Shown here: piece by piece, positions 41,636-51,058 of the stretch
Position numbering within the stretch: the stretch's first letter is position 1
How the letters are laid out: each line of letters opens with the position of its first letter
NCBI GenBank assembly: GCA_039096225.1
Contig: JBBPEB010000021.1
Span: 496,001 to 560,000 of the forward strand
From: Blastocystis sp. Blastoise
Taxonomy: Eukaryota; Protista; Bigyra: Opalinata
DNA: 64,000 bases
Direction of reading: 5' to 3'
Position numbers and translations under genes: made by a program
Notes under the pieces: model-generated
Told to the model about the DNA's origin: nothing
The model's input: the letters and a program-made list of their open reading frames with translations, nothing else
Databases searched by the model: none

Positions 41636-43432
41636 ATGCAATCAACAGGTTATTCAGATAAAGATTGTGAAGAATTCTTTACAAATTGTATAGATCAATT
41701 ATTACATTGGAAGAAAATACAATTATCAACAAGTATAAATTGGAAGAAATGGATCAAAACAATATGTAAGAAATTTCGTAATGAAGAACGAATTCAAATA
41801 GATGATATGGAAGAACCATTCTTTTGTGTAGAAGTGTTAACAGATCCATTTCAATTTCAAAATGTTATGCAACATACACAAACAGAAGCTCCTGGACAAC
41901 AAGGTGGATTATCCAATACTACAGTAGCTAATTATATGCAAATGATTACATATATAATGAAGAATATATCTATTTGTACAGATGATGAAGATATCATTAA
42001 TTATAAAGCATTTACTCCACAAAATATAAAGAAATGGGAACATTTATGGGGTTCTTTACAAATTGATGCTACTTATTCAAGACATTATGAAATCACTCAG
42101 AAAATTATTAATTGTGAAGCTGATTGGGGAGAAATCATTAATATCACCAAAAAGAATTATTTAGAGAATCCTAATGATTTATATTATGTGAATAGTTATT
42201 TATTAGTTTTAACTTATGATACATTATGTGCTCGTAATGATTATAATGATTGTGTAATCTATACTCGTGGTCAACAAATTCCTTTATCCTTAAGAAGAAC
42301 AACCAATTATATTGATTTAAATACTTTGACTATTCATGTGAATGATACAAAGAATCGATTTGAAATTGGTAAGAATGAATATCCTACTTATCAATATTTA
42401 TCAGAAGAATATTTGAATGTCTTAGCTAGATCCTTACGTTTATTTCCAAGACATTATTTATTTGTTACTGAGAATGGTGGTAAAGTACGTGATTTGAAAT
42501 TTGGTGATGAATATATAAAACCCCATTTAGGCTGGATTTATAAAACACAACAGAATAATTCTTTAATTAATGGTTGTGATATTATAAGACATTTATTTGC
42601 TCAATATTATTATAGATTATCAAGAGAAGCACAATTCCAACATAATGATTCAGAACACGAATCTAAAGGTGTAGAACTCTTTGAAAATTCGATTATGAAG
42701 ATGTTACATAGTCAATCAACACATATGGAAAATTATATATCTCCTTATTTATCTTCTCATTCAACTAAATTGCAAGATTTAGATAATAAAACAAGAACAT
42801 TTCATATTGATATGAATAATATTACTTATACAAGAGAAATTAATCAATTGAATAAATTATTATTTTTATGTAAACGATTTAATGATCGTATAGAACAATA
42901 TGAAGAAGACTATGAAGATGTATTTGGTAAAGAGAATTTCAATATGAAATCAGAATCCATATTAAGTAGTCTAGAACAATATTCATCAGATAATGATACT
43001 ATAATGATTACATTAAGATATTATAAAGATCTATTAAAGCATCATTATCCAGATAAAACAGATTTAGAAAATGAATTACCTGTAGGATGTTCATTAGAAT
43101 CTGAAGAAGTTCCAGAGAATTCTAGAGATCGTTATAATCGTTTTATACGTAATAAACAATTATTACCTGATCATTTACATAATAATACAACGGATTCAGA
43201 ATTAACGAATACTCAAGCATCTCTTATGCAACAGAATACTCAAGATGAAAACTCTACACCTATAGTTATGAATAATTCAGATACTTATGCATTACGTAGT
43301 CTTTCTACTATGCCTCCTTTAGAACCTATTCATCGTGGTCATGGTTTATTGAAAAAACATAAAAGTAATGCATTCTTTAAAGTCAAAGTCCCTAAAAAAC
43401 ATTTTCATGGAATACAATTTAAATTTTATTAA
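41636..43432 (+). CDS. Tyrosine recombinase / integrase
   Basis: Catalytic residues in order: R (LCARND), K (NDTKN), xxxR-H (DIIRHLFA), H (MLHS) and Y (THMENY). N-terminal core-binding-like helix (LSNTTVANY). Confidence 0.8.
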   Translation: MQSTGYSDKDCEEFFTNCIDQLLHWKKIQLSTSINWKKWIKTICKKFRNEERIQIDDMEEPFFCVEVLTDPFQFQNVMQHTQTEAPGQQGGLSNTTVANYMQMITYIMKNISICTDDEDIINYKAFTPQNIKKWEHLWGSLQIDATYSRHYEITQKIINCEADWGEIINITKKNYLENPNDLYYVNSYLLVLTYDTLCARNDYNDCVIYTRGQQIPLSLRRTTNYIDLNTLTIHVNDTKNRFEIGKNEYPTYQYLSEEYLNVLARSLRLFPRHYLFVTENGGKVRDLKFGDEYIKPHLGWIYKTQQNNSLINGCDIIRHLFAQYYYRLSREAQFQHNDSEHESKGVELFENSIMKMLHSQSTHMENYISPYLSSHSTKLQDLDNKTRTFHIDMNNITYTREINQLNKLLFLCKRFNDRIEQYEEDYEDVFGKENFNMKSESILSSLEQYSSDNDTIMITLRYYKDLLKHHYPDKTDLENELPVGCSLESEEVPENSRDRYNRFIRNKQLLPDHLHNNTTDSELTNTQASLMQQNTQDENSTPIVMNNSDTYALRSLSTMPPLEPIHRGHGLLKKHKSNAFFKVKVPKKHFHGIQFKFY

Positions 43433-43552
43433 TTTTAAAACAAAACAACTTTTTATAGTAAAAAATAAATATATATTTAATTTGGTATAGCATATAAAGT
43501 ATTATCTATTAAAATTCGTTTTGTTGATGACGTATTATGATATTGATCTTCA

Positions 43553-46480
43553 CTATAAACAATTTCTTCTTTTTTTAGATAAACAATTGGATAAACAGAA
43601 TAAATCTGTATCTACACATTCATTATAAGTATTATCAATCATTAAACCACAAATACCAATAGCATTCCCTCCCTTATAAAAATTTGAAGTATGTTTTCTA
43701 TGAATATTCACAATATCTATAGAATTAAATGTATCTTTACTACTTAAACAACCAAATAAAGCATTTGTAAATTTATCTAAATCTTTCTTAATCGTAAATT
43801 GATTATTATTATTCACTTTCTTATAACTATTAAAAATATCTTCAATAGTAACTACATTCAAATAATAAGGATCTATAGTAATATGGTTATCAACAAAAGA
43901 TTTCAAATCATATCCTTCTGTACTACGATCAAAGAATCGTTTCTTACATTCACTTATATGATATTCATTATCTAATTCATGCATATCTAATTGCATACTA
44001 GAATAGAAATAATTACTTACTAGATAACTAAAGATAATTGAACGATTCTGATAGAATTTATCAGATAAAGTATAATCCATTTCATAATGATTTGGTTTCA
44101 ATCTCTTTTCTACTGTCTGTTTACGTTTCGGTAAATTATGATCTACATAATCTTCATATAAATTAGCATTACCAGGAGGGAAATAACGACAACATGATGG
44201 TAAGAAACAAACTCTTCTTTCAATAGGACCAGCATTCACAGCAGTAGGTTGGATATTACTTGTCATAAATAAAGTACCTGTGAAATGAACTTTTGTAAAT
44301 ATATTACTGAATAATTTACGAGCACTAGCACCTTCTTTCTTTTCTGCTATTTCTTTAAAGACTTTAGAAGAGAATGGATTAAATGTTTTCTTTCTACCAG
44401 TAACATCTTCTTCTATTAATTCATTCATATAATACATTGTTTTATTAGACATATCTACAATCTTAGGAGCTATAGATGTTTCTTCTAAATTATCTGGATT
44501 TACTATAATACATTGATTACTACCTACAATACGAGAAATTAAATCAGTTGTTATTGTTTTACCATTACTACCTGTACTACCATATAATATATAAGAAACT
44601 GTTTTCTGAGTATTGACATAGAAAGCAGTGGTTAGGATACGTAACATAATACTTTCATATTTCTTATCGAATTCACAATATCTTGCAATATGTTGTTCAA
44701 ATAATTGGATAATATCTTTCTGTTCATTATTAATATTCCAACTTACATTAAATTCAGTATCAATTAATAAATCTTCAAATACCATATCTTCTTTATGATA
44801 TGGTTGGATATAATATTGTCTAGGATCTTCTTCTGTAGATTCTTTTGGATATAAATAACCAAGTTGTGTATAGATAACACGTTCTTTATGAACCATATAC
44901 GTATCTAAATATTCTTTATAAGATTTACCATAAGTCTTCAAATAACGATTCAACCATTCTTTATAATGATATTCATTAGTAACAGAAGCAGACATTATTT
45001 TATCAACTATTTTTTGATGTTGTTCATTCTCTTTGGAATATAATCTTGATAATTTGAATTTCTCTACAATCGATTTCATAAATGTAGTTATTTTGGTTTC
45101 AAAAAAATTAATATCATAATTATTCTTACAACGTCTTAAGATATTATATTCATCAAATGTATATAAGATAAAATTATCTTTATCTAATATAATAGAAACA
45201 ATTTCATTAAATTCTAATAATTGAAATAACATAACTAATGTTTGTGAATCTACAAGATTAAAGGATTGAATACATTCTAAAATAGACATAAATATGAAAT
45301 CATTATCATCATCTTTATTAAATAATTTATTATCCATTAATATCTTCAAAATATAATTATTCGATAAATGAGTAGGATCAACTTGTATATGATTCCATGT
45401 AGATTCAATTACATCATCACTTCGATCATGACCATAACGTAATGAATAATTTTTAAATAATTCTAATCCTCTTGTTGTATTACAAATCTGTTTTGCTGCA
45501 CAACATAATTTATACCAAGTATTATGGGATTCAAAATAATTCATATCTTCAATAGAACCAATCAATAATAAATATCGTTCTAATAAAGCTTCTTTAGATG
45601 CTGTAGTATCCAATATAGTATCTGTAGAAATCAACATAGGAATATCTTTAATATCTTGTATAGAACATAATATAGTACGTGAACAATTATTTAATCTTGC
45701 ATAATAACGTTTATAACGTGAATATTGTTTTAATTTATAAAAGATAATAGGATTAATAATATCACTTATAATATCATCTTCATTCTTATAATTCAATAAT
45801 GTTTTGAAATAATAATGTTCATCGATTTCATCATCTATTTTCTTCCATGTTTTATTGGTATATTCTTCGTATAATTTATAAGTAGATGGAGAATTATCTT
45901 TACTACAACCAAGAAACATACAACCATTATTCTTTCTTGGTTTACCAATAACATTATAATCAATGAATTCTTTTATATCTAAATTATTCATTTTACATAA
46001 ATCAACCAATTTGGTATTCAGAATCATACTATTATATAAGAAAAATAAATAATCACCATTTACAAACCAATTTGTATATATGTGAATTCCCCATGAATAA
46101 TGTATTTCATTATGAACTGTCTTCTTATTCACTTCTTTCTTTGTATACAGAAGCGAAATAAATTCTTGATTATAATAATGAATACAATGATTACATATTT
46201 CTTCAATAAATTCATGAATAAATGAATCTGTTAGAAAAGAAAAATCATTTGATATTTGGTGATAATCTAAATCAAACCATAATCTTCTATAATTAGTTGA
46301 TGTATTACAAGGAGTACAATCAATATAATGTAGTAATTCTTTTGGATTTTGATAATTAGTAAATAGACTTTTATAAAATGGTAATGGATTTGGTATAATA
46401 ATTTCACTATGATTATCTTTTGAATTATCATGATTAAAGGAACCAAAAGTATAAACAAAATGAATTTGTGAATTTTCCAT
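43553..46480 (-). CDS. AEP primase + PriCT-2 + D5-like SF3 helicase, 975 aa from the first ATG
   Basis: AEP motifs LWFDLD, GIHIY and FID. PriCT-2-like HNTWYKL..GLELFKNYS..TWNHI. SF3 GSTGSNGKT, YYMNE, LFMTSN and IERR. The track start 46528 is TTG; the first ATG is 46480. Confidence 0.9.
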   Translation of the reverse strand: MENSQIHFVYTFGSFNHDNSKDNHSEIIIPNPLPFYKSLFTNYQNPKELLHYIDCTPCNTSTNYRRLWFDLDYHQISNDFSFLTDSFIHEFIEEICNHCIHYYNQEFISLLYTKKEVNKKTVHNEIHYSWGIHIYTNWFVNGDYLFFLYNSMILNTKLVDLCKMNNLDIKEFIDYNVIGKPRKNNGCMFLGCSKDNSPSTYKLYEEYTNKTWKKIDDEIDEHYYFKTLLNYKNEDDIISDIINPIIFYKLKQYSRYKRYYARLNNCSRTILCSIQDIKDIPMLISTDTILDTTASKEALLERYLLLIGSIEDMNYFESHNTWYKLCCAAKQICNTTRGLELFKNYSLRYGHDRSDDVIESTWNHIQVDPTHLSNNYILKILMDNKLFNKDDDNDFIFMSILECIQSFNLVDSQTLVMLFQLLEFNEIVSIILDKDNFILYTFDEYNILRRCKNNYDINFFETKITTFMKSIVEKFKLSRLYSKENEQHQKIVDKIMSASVTNEYHYKEWLNRYLKTYGKSYKEYLDTYMVHKERVIYTQLGYLYPKESTEEDPRQYYIQPYHKEDMVFEDLLIDTEFNVSWNINNEQKDIIQLFEQHIARYCEFDKKYESIMLRILTTAFYVNTQKTVSYILYGSTGSNGKTITTDLISRIVGSNQCIIVNPDNLEETSIAPKIVDMSNKTMYYMNELIEEDVTGRKKTFNPFSSKVFKEIAEKKEGASARKLFSNIFTKVHFTGTLFMTSNIQPTAVNAGPIERRVCFLPSCCRYFPPGNANLYEDYVDHNLPKRKQTVEKRLKPNHYEMDYTLSDKFYQNRSIIFSYLVSNYFYSSMQLDMHELDNEYHISECKKRFFDRSTEGYDLKSFVDNHITIDPYYLNVVTIEDIFNSYKKVNNNNQFTIKKDLDKFTNALFGCLSSKDTFNSIDIVNIHRKHTSNFYKGGNAIGICGLMIDNTYNECVDTDLFCLSNCLSKKRRNCL

Positions 46481-46566
46481 GATTATTTGACTTATAAATA
46501 ATGAAAATAAATATGGTATAAAATTCAAAACAAATAATATATTAAAGATTCTAGAAGTCAGTTTTG

Positions 46567-46604
46567 GAAGCTTCTAGAACATTCTAGAACATTCTAGAAC
46601 ATTC
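46567..46604. promoter_or_regulatory. Heat shock element array (8 units), proximal to the primase-helicase
   Basis: GAAgcTTCtaGAAcaTTCtaGAAcaTTCtaGAAcaTTC, plus an extra TTCtaGAA at 46549-46556. Confidence 0.8.
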
Positions 46605-46638
46605 TATAATAGTAAATATTACTTTATATTTTTAAATG

Positions 46639-46686
46639 TTCTAGAACCTTCTAGAACCTTCTAGAACCTTCTAGAACCTTCTAGAA
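46639..46686. promoter_or_regulatory. Heat shock element array (10 units), distal to the primase-helicase
   Basis: (TTCtaGAAcc)4 followed by TTCtaGAA. Confidence 0.8.
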
Positions 46687-46796
46687 CATCATTTTTATAC
46701 TTTAGTGTTTTAAATGTATATACAATAAACAAAACAATTTTCAATGATTTTTTACAAGTTTATAAGTAAAAATAGAAAAATAAACAAGAAAAATAA

Positions 46797-47420
46797 TTAA
46801 ATTTCAATTGGTTCTTGACTATTAATATATGTACATGAATGAGGCCATCCATTCTTATCATATAAAATACCATCCCAGAAATACATTTGTTTTGAAGGAT
46901 CTCTTTTAATCTTGTTAATACTCTTAGCATGAACAACTTCATAAGAATAAACTTTACCTTTTTCATCATAGAGAAATCCATCTTCCATATGGAATTTCAT
47001 AATATCAAAATCATCATCTTGAGAATTCGAATGTTCTTTAGAATCTTCAGAACATAAAATAGTAGTTCTATCACTTTCTAAAAGATCTTCAGTATTGATA
47101 ATATCTTGAATATCTTGTTCTTCATTAAGTTGTTGAGTATAAATATCAGCAGCGAATTCTTCATAATCTTCAAGACCTTTAATAACCGCGTTTATACGTT
47201 TTAAAGCTGATCTATAGTTTTCGACTTCGAAAGAAGCAAGACGTTCTTTAGATTTTGCAATACCCAATAGATTCTTTTCTCTATTCAATTGAGACTGATG
47301 TAAATCAATATCACGAAGAACATTCTTATGAACTTCAACAGCCTTCTTAGAATTCTTTAGAAGTTCCATACGAACAGTTTGAAGACATTTACGGGAATCA
47401 GCAGAAAGATTAAATTGCAT
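46797..47420 (-). CDS. Viral hypothetical coiled-coil protein, 207 aa from the first ATG
   Basis: Long heptad region, acidic middle and small beta-rich C-terminus. 3' motif at 46728-46737. Confidence 0.75.
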   Translation of the reverse strand: MQFNLSADSRKCLQTVRMELLKNSKKAVEVHKNVLRDIDLHQSQLNREKNLLGIAKSKERLASFEVENYRSALKRINAVIKGLEDYEEFAADIYTQQLNEEQDIQDIINTEDLLESDRTTILCSEDSKEHSNSQDDDFDIMKFHMEDGFLYDEKGKVYSYEVVHAKSINKIKRDPSKQMYFWDGILYDKNGWPHSCTYINSQEPIEI

Positions 47421-47531
47421 TATAATCGCGAATATCGTTACAGAGAGAAAATTTGTATTTATCAAAATGAAATAAATAATACATTTAAATGGAATATTAA
47501 ATATTCTAGGAGACAGTGTAGAATCTCTATG

Positions 47532-47705
47532 GAATGTTCTAGAAGGTTCATTTGATTGGCTAATTTTGTCGACTTAGCATTTAGTATTTGTGTTTCGATG
47601 ACGAACATAGTCGGCATCTGTAATCTGATTGGATAAAAAAATTAGTAAAACACAATTAGACGATGACGACGATGTGTCATACGAAATAAGTTATTTTATT
47701 GGCTT
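47532..47705. promoter_or_regulatory. Bidirectional promoter with an HSE (4 units) and three reverse CCAAT boxes
   Basis: GAAtgTTCtaGAAggTTC at 47532-47549. ATTGG at ~47555, ~47628 and ~47698, between divergent ATGs 47420 and 47819. Confidence 0.65.
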
Positions 47706-47818
47706 ATTTTCCAGCTGGAAGCAATAGGCTTTTGTTAGCAACTGAAATGAAGAACTGTACACTAAAAATAGTATATTTAATATATTGTATAAAAATACTT
47801 TTGAAGGTTTAAATAATC

Positions 47819-48346
47819 ATGGAAATTCCTGATAGTCTTTCTGCCAGTTTATCCCCTTTCGGTCAAGCCATGATATCCCCCTTGTTGAATCCATTTGAAA
47901 ATAGTGTTTCTGCAAATCCTATGGCTTTACCCAATGATAATGATTTCTGTTTTAATTCGCGTGACGAAATCATGTTTGAAGATCCACCTCAAGAAATTCA
48001 TCCAATCAATGATGTTTACGTATCTAAAAATCCAGATAGATATCATTCGGTTAACAATCAACCAATACAATTTCAAGATCAAGTAAATACAAATCCTAAT
48101 AAGCAAGCATTATTATTTACAAATGAGGAGTTAACAAATATATCCAGTCAATTCGAATCTTTATTTCAAACTATGGAAACGGCTGATAATATATTAAATA
48201 GTATTTATTGTACTGTTGATCATTTAAAAACAAAGATTGAAAGTCAGAAACAAGATTTAAAACAGATTCATGATGATTCTAAAGAAATTGTTTCATTATT
48301 ATCCGAATATTCTATTCCTTCTATGTCTGAAATATTTGATCATTAA
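47819..48346 (+). CDS. Viral hypothetical protein, 175 aa (acidic/disordered N-terminus, C-terminal coiled coil)
   Basis: Intact ORF followed by TTGTTTTGTT at 48369-48378. Confidence 0.8.
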   Translation: MEIPDSLSASLSPFGQAMISPLLNPFENSVSANPMALPNDNDFCFNSRDEIMFEDPPQEIHPINDVYVSKNPDRYHSVNNQPIQFQDQVNTNPNKQALLFTNEELTNISSQFESLFQTMETADNILNSIYCTVDHLKTKIESQKQDLKQIHDDSKEIVSLLSEYSIPSMSEIFDH

Positions 48347-48436
48347 TTTATTTATTTAATTAATTATTTTGTTTTGTTTATTTTTTTTTTAAATTAATTA
48401 CACAAAGTTTAAATGGAGAATAGAATAGTTTCAAAT

Positions 48437-48544
48437 AGAATTCTTGAATGGTCTAATGGATCTATTAAAGAAATATGTAACCACAGTATCATGGTTCGAT
48501 TCCGTTAAAATGTTTCCATTAGATTATTCAAGTGTTCTTTTTTT
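48437..48544 (+). ncRNA. Putative RNA polymerase III small RNA, VA-RNA/EBER-like architecture
   Basis: A box TGGTCTAATGG 48449-48459, B box GGTTCGATTCC 48493-48503, terminal stem 48437-48460/48515-48538 with G-U pairs, T7 terminator 48538-48544. Confidence 0.72.
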
Positions 48545-48590
48545 CTAGAACCTTCTCGAACATTCTAGAACCTTCTCGAACCTTCTCGAA
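48543..48590. promoter_or_regulatory. Heat shock element array (10 units) upstream of the SSB gene
   Basis: TTCtaGAAccTTCtcGAAcaTTCtaGAAccTTCtcGAAccTTCtcGAA, ending 76 bp before ATG 48667. Confidence 0.8.
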
Positions 48591-48666
48591 CATTGATTCA
48601 TTTGAAAAGAATATCTAAATATATTAGTATTAAAATACTTATATTTTTACTAAATACTTAACTAAA

Positions 48667-49260
48667 ATGTCTTCAACTGAATTTAAGAAACCTGCTATTC
48701 TTGATACTTCTAACTTTAATTTACAATGGGATGACACCAAAGAAAATGCTGTTCTTTTAAATAATAATCATCGTGTATGTATTTCTACTGATGCTACACC
48801 ATGTTTATTTGGTTATATTGTTACACGTGATAAATGGACTTTATTAACAATTGAAGATGATAATCAAGTATTCTTAACTGCTTATAAAGAACTTTATCGT
48901 AAATTATGTGAATTATGTCCTGATGGTGATATTGTTAATTTTGTACGTATGGATAATGGTAAATATAAGATTACAATTAAAGTACCTATTAATGCATCGA
49001 AGAATGTTACTATTGATATTACTGATAAAAGAGATAAGAAGATTAATATCGGTAAAGATCCTAAGTTAACTTACGAAGAAATACGTGAAAAGTATATTCC
49101 ACCAAATACGTTATGTAAAGTATTATTTACAATACATGGTATTCATCGTTATAATAACAAGTATTATATTGGTTTATATGCTCGTTCTATTAAAGTCATC
49201 GATAAATCTACGAAGAATACTAATAGTAATGATACTATTATTGATTTAACTAATTTATAA
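48667..49260 (+). CDS. Probable OB-fold single-stranded DNA-binding protein
   Basis: C-terminal IPPNTLCKVLFTIHGIHRYNNKYYIGLYARSIKV plus a short acidic tail resembles T7 gp2.5/NCLDV-type SSBs. Replication-gene context. Confidence 0.6.
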   Translation: MSSTEFKKPAILDTSNFNLQWDDTKENAVLLNNNHRVCISTDATPCLFGYIVTRDKWTLLTIEDDNQVFLTAYKELYRKLCELCPDGDIVNFVRMDNGKYKITIKVPINASKNVTIDITDKRDKKINIGKDPKLTYEEIREKYIPPNTLCKVLFTIHGIHRYNNKYYIGLYARSIKVIDKSTKNTNSNDTIIDLTNL

Positions 49261-49335
49261 ATTTTTAATGTTAAATTTATTTTTTATTAATATATTTGTT
49301 TTGTTTATAAATAATTTTATAATTGAAATAAAAAA

Positions 49336-50964
49336 ATGCAAAGTTGTATATTAGGAATGCCAAGTCCTGGTACTTTTGGTATGAATTTAATTTCAACTGG
49401 AAAAGAATATAGGCGATATAATACACAACCATTACATAAAATGGATCAATATAATCCAATATTTCATGAAATAGGTCCAAATTCATCTATGCCTGTGTCT
49501 ACTTTAGAAAGTAAAGAAATACATGATGGTAAAGAAGATGATTATGTAGATCGTTCTAAAACATTTGGTAAAGATGCTGTTCCACAAGGAAATGGTGCTT
49601 TAATTCGTGCTAGAGCAGCAGGTAAAGGTGTAATGAAAGCAGCTGGTCCAGAAGAAGATAAAATAGATGGTGAAGATCGTCAATATAAAGTATTAAATCC
49701 TTGTAAACCAAGACGTAAATCTGGTAGAGGAATTATTCCAAATAAATCAGAAATCAATAAATTAGAGAATAATCAAGGTTCTGGTATTGGTGATGCAATT
49801 AAAAATAAAGTAAAAGATATGTATCAACGAAATGTATTAGATATAAGAGATGCTATTGTAGATAAAAAAGCTAATAGAAAAGCTCGTGATGCATTAGCTA
49901 TTTTAGCTCAATATGTTGGTGATGGTCATCATGATCTTGATGATGAATTCAAAAGATTCTATGAACATAAAATTAAACGTGGTGGAAAGATTCCTATATC
50001 TGTTGCTTCAGCAATTATGAATGCAATTAAAAATAAGAAAATGATTAAGAATCCAAAATTAAGAAGAATGTTAAGACCTTCAATTATACCAAAATATATA
50101 GATTTAGATTCAGCTCAAAGTGGTGATGGTATATTAAGAGTTAAAAGAGGTGGTGGATTCTGGGATGGAGTTATGAATTATGCACCAGCTCTTTTAGGTG
50201 TAGTTGATAAAGGTATGGATTCTTTTGCTAAAGGTAGAAAAGCTTATTATGATACACATTTGGCACAACAGTCAAGTGAATTAAATGATATGGAATTTGA
50301 AATGGAAAAATTAAAACGTCAACAAGCATTAAATGAAATGAAAAAACAAATAGGTTCAGGAAATACTATAAATAAGATGTTTGAAGGATATTATGATGTA
50401 GCTGATGAAATGCAAGATGCTCTTGATGAAGATGATAGATTACATCCACAACCCGTTGTTCAACCTCCACCACCTCCACAACAACAAGTTGTTAGACCTC
50501 CTCAACCTCAACCTCCTCAACCTTATAAGCCAATGTCTCGTGATGAACAAAGTTATTATTATAAGATTTATGGTTTCCCTCAAAATGATAAGGAGAAAGT
50601 CGATAGAAAATGGAAAGAAGATGAAAGGGATAAACGAATAGCTGCAAGAAGAGCTAAACGTAGAGGTTATGGTGGTCGAGTTAAATTAAGTAAAGAAGAA
50701 TTCTTAGAACGAATGAGAAGAGGAAAAGAAGCTAAAAAGAAAAAAGGTGGTGATTTACCTCCATTAGTAACAGCTTATACAGATTTTGTAATACCTGCAC
50801 AAGTAGAACAAAGGAAACGTAAAGTAGTTAAAAATGATTTAAAACAATTACAAATTATAAAACAGAAAATGGATAATAATGAAATATTAGATAGAGGTGA
50901 GCAAATGTTTTGGAAAGAAAAGAAGTATATGTTATCAAAAAACTCAGGGGAGGGGATCTGGTAA
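49336..50964 (+). CDS. Basic core polyprotein precursor, 542 aa, with many GxG/GG cleavage sites
   Basis: At least 10 motifs (QGNGA, AGKGV, SGRGI, QGSGI, RGGK, SGDGI, RGGGF, IGSGN, YGGR, KGGD, SGEGI). K/R-rich with a P/Q-rich linker. Confidence 0.8.
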   Translation: MQSCILGMPSPGTFGMNLISTGKEYRRYNTQPLHKMDQYNPIFHEIGPNSSMPVSTLESKEIHDGKEDDYVDRSKTFGKDAVPQGNGALIRARAAGKGVMKAAGPEEDKIDGEDRQYKVLNPCKPRRKSGRGIIPNKSEINKLENNQGSGIGDAIKNKVKDMYQRNVLDIRDAIVDKKANRKARDALAILAQYVGDGHHDLDDEFKRFYEHKIKRGGKIPISVASAIMNAIKNKKMIKNPKLRRMLRPSIIPKYIDLDSAQSGDGILRVKRGGGFWDGVMNYAPALLGVVDKGMDSFAKGRKAYYDTHLAQQSSELNDMEFEMEKLKRQQALNEMKKQIGSGNTINKMFEGYYDVADEMQDALDEDDRLHPQPVVQPPPPPQQQVVRPPQPQPPQPYKPMSRDEQSYYYKIYGFPQNDKEKVDRKWKEDERDKRIAARRAKRRGYGGRVKLSKEEFLERMRRGKEAKKKKGGDLPPLVTAYTDFVIPAQVEQRKRKVVKNDLKQLQIIKQKMDNNEILDRGEQMFWKEKKYMLSKNSGEGIW

Positions 50965-51058
50965 AGAGTAAAGATGAAAAACTTATTCAAAATTCAATGA
51001 ATTGTGATAATCCTATTATATCTGATAAAACTCGTCATGTTACTCCTAGATCCCCTGA
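50937..51058 (+). promoter_or_regulatory. -1 programmed ribosomal frameshift signal
   Basis: In-phase slippery heptamer A AAA AAC 50937-50943, a 7-nt spacer, then aggggatct 50951-50959 complementary to agatcccct 51048-51056. The downstream ORF is in the -1 frame. Confidence 0.72.

Noticed and set aside
46549-46686. TCTAGA (XbaI) concatemers as a linker artefact or plain minisatellite
   Set aside because: Spacer bases vary (TTCtcGAA, GAAtg/gg/gcTTC) while GAA/TTC never do, and the arrays recur specifically upstream of start codons.
48442-48515. tRNA gene
   Set aside because: A and B boxes are present, but acceptor, D and anticodon stems do not form. The 5' part pairs with sequence further downstream.
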